The notes under the pieces: model-generated
Databases searched by the model: none
The model's input: the letters and a program-made list of their open reading frames with translations, nothing else
What the model was told of the DNA's origin: nothing
Assembly: GCA_042217545.1 (NCBI GenBank)
Contig: JBDGSM010000080.1
Location: 1 to 26,280, forward strand
Direction of reading: 5' to 3'
Source of the DNA: Candidatus Nanohalobium sp.
GTDB taxonomy: Archaea > Nanohalarchaeota > Nanosalinia > Nanosalinales > Nanosalinaceae
Length of the DNA: 26,280 nt
In this document: in pieces, positions 1 to 8,426 of the stretch
Numbering within the stretch: position 1 is the first letter of the stretch
Layout of the letters: each line of letters begins with the position of its first letter
Program-made: the position numbers and the translations under genes

Positions 1-1707
1 CACTCCGCAGCCCACGTCTTCGCACAGGCACTCAAACGCATCTACGGCGACCAGGTCAAGCTCACGATCGGGCCATGGACCGATGAAGGCTTCTACTACG
101 ACATCAAAGGAATCGACATAGAAGAAGAGGACTTCGAACAGATAGAAGAAGAGATGGAGAAGATCATCGAGGAAGACCTTCCGATCGAGCGGGAGATGAT
201 TCCACGAGAGGAAGCCGAGGAGTTCTTCGAGGACAACGAGTACAAGACCGAAATACTGAATGAAGAAGCAGGTGACGGAGATGAAGTAAGTTTTTACCGC
301 CAGGGAGAGTTCAGGGACCTGTGTAAAGGCCCTCACGTCTCGAGCACGGGCGAGATCGGAGGCTTCAAGCTTCTGGAGATCGCAGGCGCCTACTGGAGAG
401 GCGACGAAAACAACGAGATGCTGACAAGAGTCTATGGAACCGCATTCCCTTCCGAGTCGGAGCTCGAGGATTTCCTGGAGAAGAGAAGGGAAGCTGAAAA
501 AAGAGATCACAGAAGGATAGGCCAGGAGATGGATCTTTTCTCGATTCCAGAGTTTTCACCGGGCGGAGTTCATTTCCACCGTGAAGGCATGAAGATCCGC
601 CGAGAGCTGGAGGAATACATCCGGGAGAAAAACAAGGAGCTTGGCTACGAGGAGGTCTGGACGCCAGAACTGAACCACGCCGATCTCTGGAAGAAGACAG
701 GCCACTACGAGGCCTTCAAGGAGGAAGGTGAGATGTTCGCCTGGGAACAGGACGATACAGAGTACGGACTGAAGCCCATGAACTGTGCGAACCACTCCCA
801 TATCTTCGACTCCGGAAAACGCAGTTACAAGGAGCTGCCGATCAAGCTCTCCGAGTTCGGAACGGTAAACAGGAACGAACAGAGTGGAGAGCTTTCAGGC
901 CTTCTGCGTGTAAGGACTTTGACACAGGACGACGGCCACGCGTACATCAGGAAGGATCAGATCGAGGAGGAGATCAAGAAGCATCTACAGATCATAATCG
1001 AGATGTACGACGAGTTCGGCTTCGAGGTCAACTTCATCCTTGAGACAAAACCTCCTAAGGCGCAGGGACCGGACGAGCTATGGGATGAAGCCGAGAGCTC
1101 GCTGAAAAACGCTCTTGACGAGAAAGTAGATGACTACCAGATCAACGAGGAGGAAGGCGCGTTTTACGGGCCTAAGATCGGTGTCGAGGTAGAGGACGCG
1201 ATAGGAAGAGAATGGCAGCTCGGAACAGTCCAGCTCGACTTCGTCATCCCACGCAACTACGGGTTGAAGTACGTCGGGAAGGACAACGAGGAGCACTACC
1301 CGGTCATGATCCACAGAGCAATTTTAGGCTCGATAGAACGGTTCATGGGAGTCATGATCGAGCACTTCGCGGGAGACTTCCCAACATGGCTCGCACCAGA
1401 GCAGGTCAGGATCCTGCCGGTGACTGATGAGAACATAGATTATGCCGAGGAAGTGAAGGAGAAACTCTCAGAGTTCCGTGTCGAGATCGAGGACAGAAGC
1501 TGGACTGTCGGGAAGAAGATTCAGAACGCTCACGACGACAACGTTCCGTACATGCTGATCCTCGGAGACGACGAGGAAGAAGCAGAGAACCTCTCAGTAA
1601 GAGATAGACAGGAACGAGAAGACGGAGATGTCGATGTTGATGAGTTCTGTGAGCACCTGAAGTCAGAGGTCGAGGAGAAACGGCTTCGGCCGGACTTCTT
1701 GGAGTAA
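1..1707 (+). CDS. thrS: Threonyl-tRNA synthetase (bacterial-type editing domain), 5'-truncated by the window
   Basis: Frame is open from base 1 (HSAAHVFAQA...GFYYD), so the ATG at 154 is internal. Motifs: DLCKGPH, GAYWRGD, RDHRRIG, KPMNC, GAFYGPK, MIHRAILGSIERF, and a C-terminal anticodon-binding domain. Confidence 0.98.
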   Translation, partial: HSAAHVFAQALKRIYGDQVKLTIGPWTDEGFYYDIKGIDIEEEDFEQIEEEMEKIIEEDLPIEREMIPREEAEEFFEDNEYKTEILNEEAGDGDEVSFYRQGEFRDLCKGPHVSSTGEIGGFKLLEIAGAYWRGDENNEMLTRVYGTAFPSESELEDFLEKRREAEKRDHRRIGQEMDLFSIPEFSPGGVHFHREGMKIRRELEEYIREKNKELGYEEVWTPELNHADLWKKTGHYEAFKEEGEMFAWEQDDTEYGLKPMNCANHSHIFDSGKRSYKELPIKLSEFGTVNRNEQSGELSGLLRVRTLTQDDGHAYIRKDQIEEEIKKHLQIIIEMYDEFGFEVNFILETKPPKAQGPDELWDEAESSLKNALDEKVDDYQINEEEGAFYGPKIGVEVEDAIGREWQLGTVQLDFVIPRNYGLKYVGKDNEEHYPVMIHRAILGSIERFMGVMIEHFAGDFPTWLAPEQVRILPVTDENIDYAEEVKEKLSEFRVEIEDRSWTVGKKIQNAHDDNVPYMLILGDDEEEAENLSVRDRQEREDGDVDVDEFCEHLKSEVEEKRLRPDFLE

Positions 1708-1738
1708 CCAAAACTCCTCTTTTTTCTCTTAATATTTC

Positions 1739-2023
1739 TTATTCGTCAAATACCCTGTCCATCAGTTCATCTGAAGGTAGGTAGAAGTCCTGATCGCTGT
1801 AGAAATCGTTCTCATCGCTGTCTTTCACAGCTCCTAGCTCTTTGTACAGTTTCTCTTCTTGAAGCCAGTCATCCTTGATGGAATCGACAGGTAGGTAAGT
1901 CTGGGTCTTCAGTATCTCGAACAATCCTTGAGGCAGTCCTTCCTCTTTGAATTCCTCTCTGTCCATGTTGAACCTCTGGAGAACGGTTCTTATGGCGTTT
2001 ACAAGTTCCTGTTCCTCGTCCAT
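1739..2023 (-). CDS. Hypothetical acidic protein (94 aa)
   Basis: ORF with a GGAGG Shine-Dalgarno just upstream; last gene of a tight 3-gene minus-strand unit. Confidence 0.75.
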   Translation of the reverse strand: MDEEQELVNAIRTVLQRFNMDREEFKEEGLPQGLFEILKTQTYLPVDSIKDDWLQEEKLYKELGAVKDSDENDFYSDQDFYLPSDELMDRVFDE

Positions 2024-2035
2024 CGGTAACCTCCT

Positions 2036-2365
2036 CTAAATGTACTCTTCCAGTTCTTCACTGAAAACATACTTGGTGTTCTTCTCTTTGTACCAGACTG
2101 AGGATTCTGCTGGAAGCCCTACCAACCGGTTCTTGATTTCTTCAACTTCTCTCTCATCGAGAAGATTTTTTTCAAGAAGTTCATCCATCGCTCTCTGTAC
2201 CTCCTCGTTGGAGAAACCTTTCTTCAGCGTGAGAAGCTCCCAGATCTCGGCTCCAGCACCTTCACTATAAAGGTACTCTTCTATCTCATCTTCATCCAGT
2301 ATATTTTCTGTCAGTTCTCCGATAGATTCAAGGACTGAAACTGTTTCATCACTGAGTTCGGTCAT
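2036..2365 (-). CDS. Hypothetical acidic protein (109 aa), possible winged-helix
   Basis: ATGA overlap with the upstream gene at 2362-2365. IWELL...GFSNEEVQRAMDELLEKNLL resembles wHTH helices (weak). Confidence 0.7.
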   Translation of the reverse strand: MTELSDETVSVLESIGELTENILDEDEIEEYLYSEGAGAEIWELLTLKKGFSNEEVQRAMDELLEKNLLDEREVEEIKNRLVGLPAESSVWYKEKNTKYVFSEELEEYI

Positions 2366-3060
2366 ATCAGTTCCTCCTCGGATTCTTTGATGTAGTTCAC
2401 GATTTCATTATAGGTTTCGCGGTCAGGGTTGATAATCTCTTGGATATCCACATCGTTCTCCTCACGATACTGAGAAGCTGCATAAGCTGCTAATGTCTGC
2501 TCTCGGGAATCACGGTATTTGTGAAGAGCAGCTTTGAAATCTTCTTTTACCTGATCATCTTCGATCTCGTCAGCTGAGATTAACTGTTCGTAGAGGCCTC
2601 CTTCATCGGGCAGACCGTGCTCAACTGCTTCTTCCTGTTTTTCAAGAAAGTTCAACCTTGTTAAAGTGTAGGTCATTTTCTCTCCTCCGTCCACATTTAC
2701 TTCTCCTAGTATATCCTGTGCGGCGTGTGCTGCGAATTCTGCGTAGAGTCTTTGATCGAAAAGGTTGTCTCCGTATAGGTCTATTCCCTTGTTTTCGTAA
2801 TCTATCATCTCTGCATGGACGGTTTCATGCGCCAGATTCTCTGGCTGGAGTTCGCCGGCGGTGATGAGTACTTTTTCCCCGTTGATGAGGTCGACTTTGT
2901 TCTTGCTGGTATCTTTTGTATTGGTTACTTCATCTACCTCAACTTCTTCGTCTATAGCTCCTGGTTCAACTCGGTCAATTACCTCTGATGGCGTGATTCC
3001 TATAGCGTCTTCCACCAGTTGTTCGTCTTCTTCGGTTAAGCCAGGAAAAGAAACACTCAT
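2362..3060 (-). CDS. Hypothetical protein with HExxH zincin-like metallopeptidase motif
   Basis: LAHETVHAE motif with a downstream helical Glu (YAEFAA) as possible third zinc ligand. Confidence 0.7.
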   Translation of the reverse strand: MSVSFPGLTEEDEQLVEDAIGITPSEVIDRVEPGAIDEEVEVDEVTNTKDTSKNKVDLINGEKVLITAGELQPENLAHETVHAEMIDYENKGIDLYGDNLFDQRLYAEFAAHAAQDILGEVNVDGGEKMTYTLTRLNFLEKQEEAVEHGLPDEGGLYEQLISADEIEDDQVKEDFKAALHKYRDSREQTLAAYAASQYREENDVDIQEIINPDRETYNEIVNYIKESEEELI

Positions 3061-3141
3061 ATTGTTGCTATCGTTTTATCACAAATAAATTTGTTTTGGT
3101 TTTCAGGCCGACTGATTTAATCTTCAGTCCAAAAAACAGGA

Positions 3142-3195
3142 CATATGAAGGAAGAAGTAGAAGAGAAAAAGCTGAAGCCGGACTTCCTGGCCTAA
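3142..3195 (+). repeat. Diverged copy of the last 17 codons plus stop of thrS
   Basis: Encodes HMKEEVEEKKLKPDFLA* versus thrS 1654-1707 HLKSEVEEKRLRPDFLE* (12/17 aa and 39/54 nt identical by hand). Both copies are followed by a pyrimidine/T-rich tract. Confidence 0.85.
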
Positions 3196-3231
3196 GGCCT
3201 TCAACACCACACATCTCTTTCTTATTCTTTC

Positions 3232-4233
3232 TCAGTCACCTGTCATGCTCTCCATAGCAGCAGTACTTGCTTTCAGAGGTAGCAGCGAGGCCTCAGTCGC
3301 CGCACGCATATACGCCCTGAACGGGTCAGGCCTCCGGTAGGCTTCCTGTACAGATTCGAGGTCCTCGAAGCCTTCCGTGTACATCGAAGTCTCTCTGTAG
3401 CCTAAGGCCTTTTCATCCATTTCATCGCCATAGTCCACATGTATATCCCATTCAACTTCCACCTTCGGACCTTCCTCCAGTGTACCTGAGATCTCGAAGA
3501 CGAACTGCTCTGCTTCTCCCCAGTTCACAGGCCTGTAGGCCTCTATACTGTTTTCGATGAGGAGCTCGCCGTTCCTGACATCTCCCGGAGTGGAAAAGCT
3601 TCTTCCTACCGCCTGGTCGGCGAGTGCGGTCATGTAAGAGTTGTGGGCCTGGCCGTACTGTCCGCCGCCATCCAGGTACTCTGGCGTTATCTTTCCGGCG
3701 TTCAATGGTTCTTCTGTGTTTCCTGCGGGAAAGAGTGAGGCCCTGAAGCCTTCGGCCCCGTTATCAGATAGGACAACCTGGTCCGGATTCTCAGATGCGT
3801 AGACCATCTGAGTCCATTCACCCTTCAACGACCTGAGAGGCTTTTCCAGCTGCGGGACGAGCGCGTCCACGAAGCTCATGCCCTGGCTGACCACTACAGG
3901 TTCTTCCTGTACCGGTTCACGGACGAAAGGATATTTACCGGAGGTTGAAAGCTCTTCCACCACTTCTTTGCTCTGGTGAAGCAGATTTGCGTCGCCCGAG
4001 GCCTCAGAGTTTTTCTCCGCATCTTCTTCTGTTGGCGCAAGCCTTACTGCAGTCCATTCATCTGTTCCCCAGGTCTCGTATTCTAGGCCTTCCCTCCATT
4101 CCTCCCTGAGTTCGACTGCTTCATCCAGCTCCTGAGAAGTTATGGAGAAGTCCTGGGTTGCGTTTCCCTTCCAGGGAAAGGTTTCATCGTTTTTGCCTGT
4201 CGAGACATCTTCTGAGTCAGGCCTTGTAGCCAT
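3232..4233 (-). CDS. Putative hotdog-fold protein (MaoC-like hydratase motif plus a second thioesterase-like hotdog motif)
   Basis: PTEED...SGDANLLH...VVSQGM matches the MaoC SGDxNxxH...xGM pattern. YGQAHNSYMTALADQAVG resembles the PaaI-type G-x-x-HGG...L-x-D motif. Confidence 0.55.
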   Translation of the reverse strand: MATRPDSEDVSTGKNDETFPWKGNATQDFSITSQELDEAVELREEWREGLEYETWGTDEWTAVRLAPTEEDAEKNSEASGDANLLHQSKEVVEELSTSGKYPFVREPVQEEPVVVSQGMSFVDALVPQLEKPLRSLKGEWTQMVYASENPDQVVLSDNGAEGFRASLFPAGNTEEPLNAGKITPEYLDGGGQYGQAHNSYMTALADQAVGRSFSTPGDVRNGELLIENSIEAYRPVNWGEAEQFVFEISGTLEEGPKVEVEWDIHVDYGDEMDEKALGYRETSMYTEGFEDLESVQEAYRRPDPFRAYMRAATEASLLPLKASTAAMESMTGD

Positions 4234-4319
4234 TAGAATACTTTTTCTCCACTGAACAGGTTAAATCTTTTGGCATGAATGCCGGGATTTACATAAAGTT
4301 CCCTTCGTAAAAGACATCT

Positions 4320-4640
4320 ATGACACTCCAAGAGTACGAGGTGAAACGTATAGAACCTTTTTCATTCGGAAAGATTTCAGCAGCACTCACAGCACTCATG
4401 GGCCTTATTTCAGGCCTTATGTACCTGCCGTTTGCATTCGTGGTGATGATGGGTAGCCTGGAGATCTCCACTGCCGCTGCAGCAATTGCCGCCACGATAG
4501 TTTCTGTCCTGATGATAATCTTTATCTCGGTGGTCTATGCAGGTGTAGGTTTCTTCCTCGGCGTTCTTTACGGCTATGTCTACAACTACGCATCCTCAAA
4601 GATTGGAGGCCTTGAGATGATAATGGACGTGGAAGGATAA
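4320..4640 (+). CDS. Small membrane protein, DUF3566-like
   Basis: EVKRIEPFSFGKI N-terminus, two long hydrophobic segments, YN...GGLE C-terminus. Confidence 0.7.
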   Translation: MTLQEYEVKRIEPFSFGKISAALTALMGLISGLMYLPFAFVVMMGSLEISTAAAAIAATIVSVLMIIFISVVYAGVGFFLGVLYGYVYNYASSKIGGLEMIMDVEG

Positions 4641-4660
4641 CCCGGCGGGAGCGGGCCCTG

Positions 4661-4669
4661 ATTTAAAAG
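4661..4669 (+). promoter_or_regulatory. TATA box of the rps19e operon (likely leaderless transcript)
   Basis: ATTTAAAAG about 25 nt upstream of the ATG at 4692. Confidence 0.55.
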
Positions 4670-4691
4670 TTTTTGACCACTTCATTCGTGT

Positions 4692-5099
4692 ATGACGACG
4701 GTATATGATGTAAAAGCTGAGCCTCTAATTCAGGAGGCTGCTGAGGAACTGGAGGACAAGTTCGAAATACCTGACTGGACGGAGTACGTCAAGACAGGAG
4801 TCCACAAAGAGAAGCCTCCAGAGCAGGAGAACTGGTACTACATCAGATCTGCAGCGATCCTAAGAAAGATCTACATGGACGGACCGCTCGGAGTCTCCAA
4901 GCTACGTACTATCTACGGAGGCAACAAGAACAATGGACACGCACCCGAGCACCACGCAAAGGCCTCAGGAAAGGTTATCCGCACAGCACTCCAGAACCTG
5001 GAGGAAGCAGGATACCTTGAGGAAGAGGAAGGAGAAGGCCGCAAGATCACAGACAAGGGAAGAAGCTTCCTTGACGCAAAGTCCGAAGAACTCAAATAA
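4692..5099 (+). CDS. rps19e: 30S ribosomal protein S19e
   Basis: TTVYDV, PDWTEYVKTGVHKEKPP, WYYIRSAAILRKIY, GPLGVSKLRTIYGG, SGKVIRTALQNLE. Confidence 0.98.
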   Translation: MTTVYDVKAEPLIQEAAEELEDKFEIPDWTEYVKTGVHKEKPPEQENWYYIRSAAILRKIYMDGPLGVSKLRTIYGGNKNNGHAPEHHAKASGKVIRTALQNLEEAGYLEEEEGEGRKITDKGRSFLDAKSEELK

Positions 5100-5139
5100 A
5101 AGATAAATGCCTGAAACATGGCTGAGAGGCCGACTGAAG

Positions 5140-5463
5140 ATGCCTGACGAAGACGACCTGGAGAAGCTGAGAGAGGAGAAAAAGAGTGAACTCCAGGAGC
5201 AGGACGCTCAGGAACAGGAAGAAGAGAGAAGGGAGCAGATCAGCCAGATGGCCTCCAAGTACCTCACAAGTGAAGCTCAGTCACGCCTCGCCAACATAAA
5301 GGCGGCGGACCCGGATAAGGCCTCCGCGGTGGAGACGCAGATCGCAAAGCTGGGACGCGCAGGTCAGATCGACAAGATGACGGACGACCAGCTGAAAAGT
5401 ATACTGAAGTCAGTCCAGGAAGAGAAGGACAAAAACAAATCCAATATAAAGTTTAGAAGGTGA
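5140..5463 (+). CDS. PDCD5-like dsDNA-binding protein (DUF122 family)
   Basis: DLEKLREEKKSELQ...YLTSEAQSRLANIK...QLKSILK...IKFRR, in its usual position after rps19e. ATG 5140 preferred over 5107. Confidence 0.93.
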   Translation: MPDEDDLEKLREEKKSELQEQDAQEQEEERREQISQMASKYLTSEAQSRLANIKAADPDKASAVETQIAKLGRAGQIDKMTDDQLKSILKSVQEEKDKNKSNIKFRR

Positions 5464-5473
5464 ACAATCAAAC

Positions 5474-5647
5474 ATGAGTTCCAACAAGTCGAAGGGTAAG
5501 AAGAAGAGGCTCTCCAAGGCCGCGAAGACAGCGAAATCAGCACCAAGATGGGTTTCCCTGAAAGCGTTCGGCATGGACAGGGCTACAAAGAAGTCCATCA
5601 AGCCACGCAGCAGCCGCCACTGGAGAAGAAGCGACCTCGACGAATAA
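5474..5647 (+). CDS. rpl39e: 50S ribosomal protein L39e (57 aa, absent from the ORF track)
   Basis: Hand translation MSSNKSKGKKKRLSKAAKTAKSAPRWVSLKAFGMDRATKKSIKPRSSRHWRRSDLDE*, with KKKRL, P-x-WV and RHWRR motifs and the conserved operon position. Confidence 0.95.
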   Translation: MSSNKSKGKKKRLSKAAKTAKSAPRWVSLKAFGMDRATKKSIKPRSSRHWRRSDLDE

Positions 5648-5687
5648 ATCTTCACATATTCCCTTCTAATTTCTCAGTGATTTCAAA

Positions 5688-6341
5688 ATGGAGATACAGC
5701 GATACGACTACCTCGGAAACAACAATATAGGATTCTATGCCACCGTAACCAACGGACAGGCTATCTATCCTCCCGAGTTCAAGGAAGACAGGAAGAAGAT
5801 GTTCGATATCAAATCCTGCGAGACATTTATCAACAGGACAAGACTGGTAGGCCTCTTCACGGCAGGTAACTCGAACTGCATTCTGATCCCGCCGGGAGCA
5901 ACGGACAGGGAGAAGGATAAGCTCGAGGAATCCGGCATAGACTTCCAGGTAATCAGGACGAAGGATAATGCGCTCGGGAACCTAATTCTAGCGAACGATA
6001 AAGGCGCTGTTATCAGCGAGAAGATAGAAGACAAGAAGAAAGAGATTGAAGAAGCTCTGGAAGTTCCTGTTACAGTAGCAAGGATTGCAGGCATCAAGAA
6101 CGTGGGTGTCTGCGGAGAAGCGAACTCTTCAGGCGTTTTGCTTCACAGGGAAGCCGATGAGGAGGACGCTGAAAAGGTTAAGGAAGCTTTGGATGTGGAG
6201 AACGTCGATATCGGCACTGTAGAAATGGGTTCTCCGTACATAGGATCAGGCCTTATCGCTACAGACGAGGCAGTTCTGACTGGCGAGAGCACTACCGGGC
6301 CTGAAATCGGCCGTATAGACAGGACGCTGATGCAGGACTGA
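5688..6341 (+). CDS. eif6: Translation initiation factor 6 (aIF6)
   Basis: GNNNIGFY, LVGLFTAGNSN, NALGNLILANDKGA, GTVEMGSPYIGSG, TTGPEIGRI repeats. Confidence 0.96.
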   Translation: MEIQRYDYLGNNNIGFYATVTNGQAIYPPEFKEDRKKMFDIKSCETFINRTRLVGLFTAGNSNCILIPPGATDREKDKLEESGIDFQVIRTKDNALGNLILANDKGAVISEKIEDKKKEIEEALEVPVTVARIAGIKNVGVCGEANSSGVLLHREADEEDAEKVKEALDVENVDIGTVEMGSPYIGSGLIATDEAVLTGESTTGPEIGRIDRTLMQD

Positions 6342-6401
6342 GGACTACTGATCTTTTAAGTCACTCTTTTTATTTCAGAAAGCCGGTATGAAAAATGTAG
6401 G

Positions 6402-7259
6402 ATGGACACCACTGTATCCGAAAAATACCTGAAGTACTTTCTGCCGGCAGCGGAGAAGCTGAAACCGGCAGTCCCATCCATAAAGAAGGATTTGAAAGGC
6501 GCGAGGATGGACATAGACCCAGATACGTATATAGCTAATTCTCTCGCCCGTGCTGTTCAGATCGGAGTTTCTCTAAGCGCTTCAATCGCTGTCGCAGGAT
6601 TTGTAATGCACCAGGACTTTATAATGAAGCTGGGAGCAGGCCTTCTACCATTGTTTACGCCTCTGCTCTTCCTGACGTTCGCCTACCGGCCAAAGATCAA
6701 GGCAAACAGGATTTCCCGGCAGCTGGAGAAAAATCTGCCTTATGCATTGCGACACATGCTTATCGAGGTAAGTTCCGGCGTATCAATGTACGAGGCGATG
6801 GTTGATGCATCTTACGATTACGGTGAGGCCTCACATGAGTTGAACAGGATCGTATCCGATATTCAGGGAGGTAAGTCGCAGATAAAGGCTCTGGAGGATT
6901 CTATTGGACGGAATCCAAGCATCATGTATCGGAGGGCGATCTGGCAGATGATCAACGCGTTGAAGTCGGGTGCAGATCTTACTGATACCTTGAATTCGCT
7001 TGTAGATACCATGGTTGAGGAGCAGAAGCTTGAAGTACAGAAGTACGGTGAGGATCTTAACCCGTTTATCCTTATGTACCTGATGCTTGCGGTTATATTT
7101 CCAAGCCTCGGAGTTACTTTAATGATCGTGATGTCGTCTTTCATCTCCCTGCCTCTCGGAAAGATGACTTTCTACGGCATGCTGGGTGGCCTGGCATTGT
7201 TCCAGCTATTCTTCCTGAACCTTGTGAAGTCCAAGAGGCCTGAGGTGAAGGCTGCATGA
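6402..7259 (+). CDS. Type IV pilus platform membrane protein (T2SS-F/TadB-TadC family)
   Basis: LEKNLPYALRHM...SGVSMYEAM...YGEASHEL...ALKSGADL T2SSF pattern flanked by TM helices. Confidence 0.9.
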   Translation: MDTTVSEKYLKYFLPAAEKLKPAVPSIKKDLKGARMDIDPDTYIANSLARAVQIGVSLSASIAVAGFVMHQDFIMKLGAGLLPLFTPLLFLTFAYRPKIKANRISRQLEKNLPYALRHMLIEVSSGVSMYEAMVDASYDYGEASHELNRIVSDIQGGKSQIKALEDSIGRNPSIMYRRAIWQMINALKSGADLTDTLNSLVDTMVEEQKLEVQKYGEDLNPFILMYLMLAVIFPSLGVTLMIVMSSFISLPLGKMTFYGMLGGLALFQLFFLNLVKSKRPEVKAA

Positions 7260-8269
7260 CTGTCCGGGAAAACATCTCGGTAAAGAACATGTACGAAGTG
7301 CTTCCAGACCGTTACAAGGATAAAGTGGAGCAGGAGGCACTTTATGCCGCCGTCGACGATAGAGTGGAGAAGCTTACGCTTTCAGGGCTTTTCGTAGGAT
7401 TCTTTGCTACGCTTGCGATGGTTCTGTACTTCGCTCCTTTCCCTATGCTTTTCACGGCAGCGGCAGCACTGATAGCAGCCCTGGTCGCAGGCCCTGCTAC
7501 TCCATACATGTATGTCTCGATCAAGGCGGAGAGGAGGAACAAGGAAATCGAGCAGATCCTGCCGGACGCGATGAGACTGGTAGGTGCGAACATCAAGTCA
7601 GGTCATACACTGGAGAAGGCCTTCCTGCTTTCAGCGAGGGATGAGTTCGGTCCTCTGGCAGACGAGATGCGGGATACCGCGATGGAAATCTACGGAGGGA
7701 AGCCGATCGAGGATGCGCTGAAGAATATGGAGGAGCGAATGAAGTCTGAGCTATTCCAGGAAACACTGAAGCTTCTGAGAGACGGTATAGAATCCGGTGG
7801 AGACACCGCAAAGCTCCTGGACTCGTCGGCGGATGATATAAGGAACTCCCTGGAGATCCGGGACGAGATCAAGTCCAGCATCAGGATGTACACCATCTTC
7901 ATCATGATGGCCTCGGTCGGAGGAGCACCGATACTGTTCTCAATCTCGACATACATGGCCAAGAAGACCACGAACATGTGGAGCCAGGCCAATATAGGAA
8001 GCATGGGCGGTCACGGGGTTGGAGGCGGTATGAGCCAGATAGGAGGGTTCAACATGTCTTTCTCAGCACCGGATGTCAACATCGCGATGTTCCAGCAGTT
8101 CGCAATGATGGCGATCATCTCCATCAACTTCTTCGCAGCCATGATAATCTCAGAAATCAGCAACGGCAACATCAAACAGGGAATCAAATACGTACCGGTA
8201 TTCATCATAATCTCGCTCCTCCTCTTCATCGGAGTCAAATCAGCCATCGCCGGAGCCATGGGTGGATGA
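7256..8269 (+). CDS. Type IV pilus platform membrane protein (T2SS-F/TadC family)
   Basis: IEQILPDAMRLVGANIKSGHTLEKA...EFGPLADE...GIESGGDTAKLL; ATGA overlap with the upstream paralog. Confidence 0.92.
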   Translation: MTVRENISVKNMYEVLPDRYKDKVEQEALYAAVDDRVEKLTLSGLFVGFFATLAMVLYFAPFPMLFTAAAALIAALVAGPATPYMYVSIKAERRNKEIEQILPDAMRLVGANIKSGHTLEKAFLLSARDEFGPLADEMRDTAMEIYGGKPIEDALKNMEERMKSELFQETLKLLRDGIESGGDTAKLLDSSADDIRNSLEIRDEIKSSIRMYTIFIMMASVGGAPILFSISTYMAKKTTNMWSQANIGSMGGHGVGGGMSQIGGFNMSFSAPDVNIAMFQQFAMMAIISINFFAAMIISEISNGNIKQGIKYVPVFIIISLLLFIGVKSAIAGAMGG

Positions 8270-8370
8270 TAGAAAACCCTGCAGATGTAACCCTGAAAGA
8301 GACAATGTTGCATGAACTGATGACAACACCACCTGCGGATGTATCGAAAACTAACCGATAGCCTTCTTCA

Positions 8371-8416
8371 AAAGGTTTTTTATAGGACTCAACCTAATTA
8401 GTTCTTGATTGGGTGA
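8371..8416 (+). promoter_or_regulatory. BRE/TATA box and Shine-Dalgarno of the major pilin gene
   Basis: AAAGG followed by TTTTATA (8378-8384); GGGTGA at 8411-8416 before the ATG at 8427. Confidence 0.65.
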
Positions 8417-8426
8417 CAAACCAACT

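Noticed and set aside
3145..3195. 16-codon ATG-initiated mini-ORF as an independent gene
   Set aside because: Better explained as a remnant of the thrS 3' end, since similarity extends upstream of the ATG. Expression is not excluded.
5548..5730. 60-aa ORF from the track
   Set aside because: Alternative frame overlapping rpl39e and the aIF6 start.
7978..8265. Upstream part of the 127-aa ORF 7978-8361
   Set aside because: Out-of-frame shadow of the tadC-like gene.
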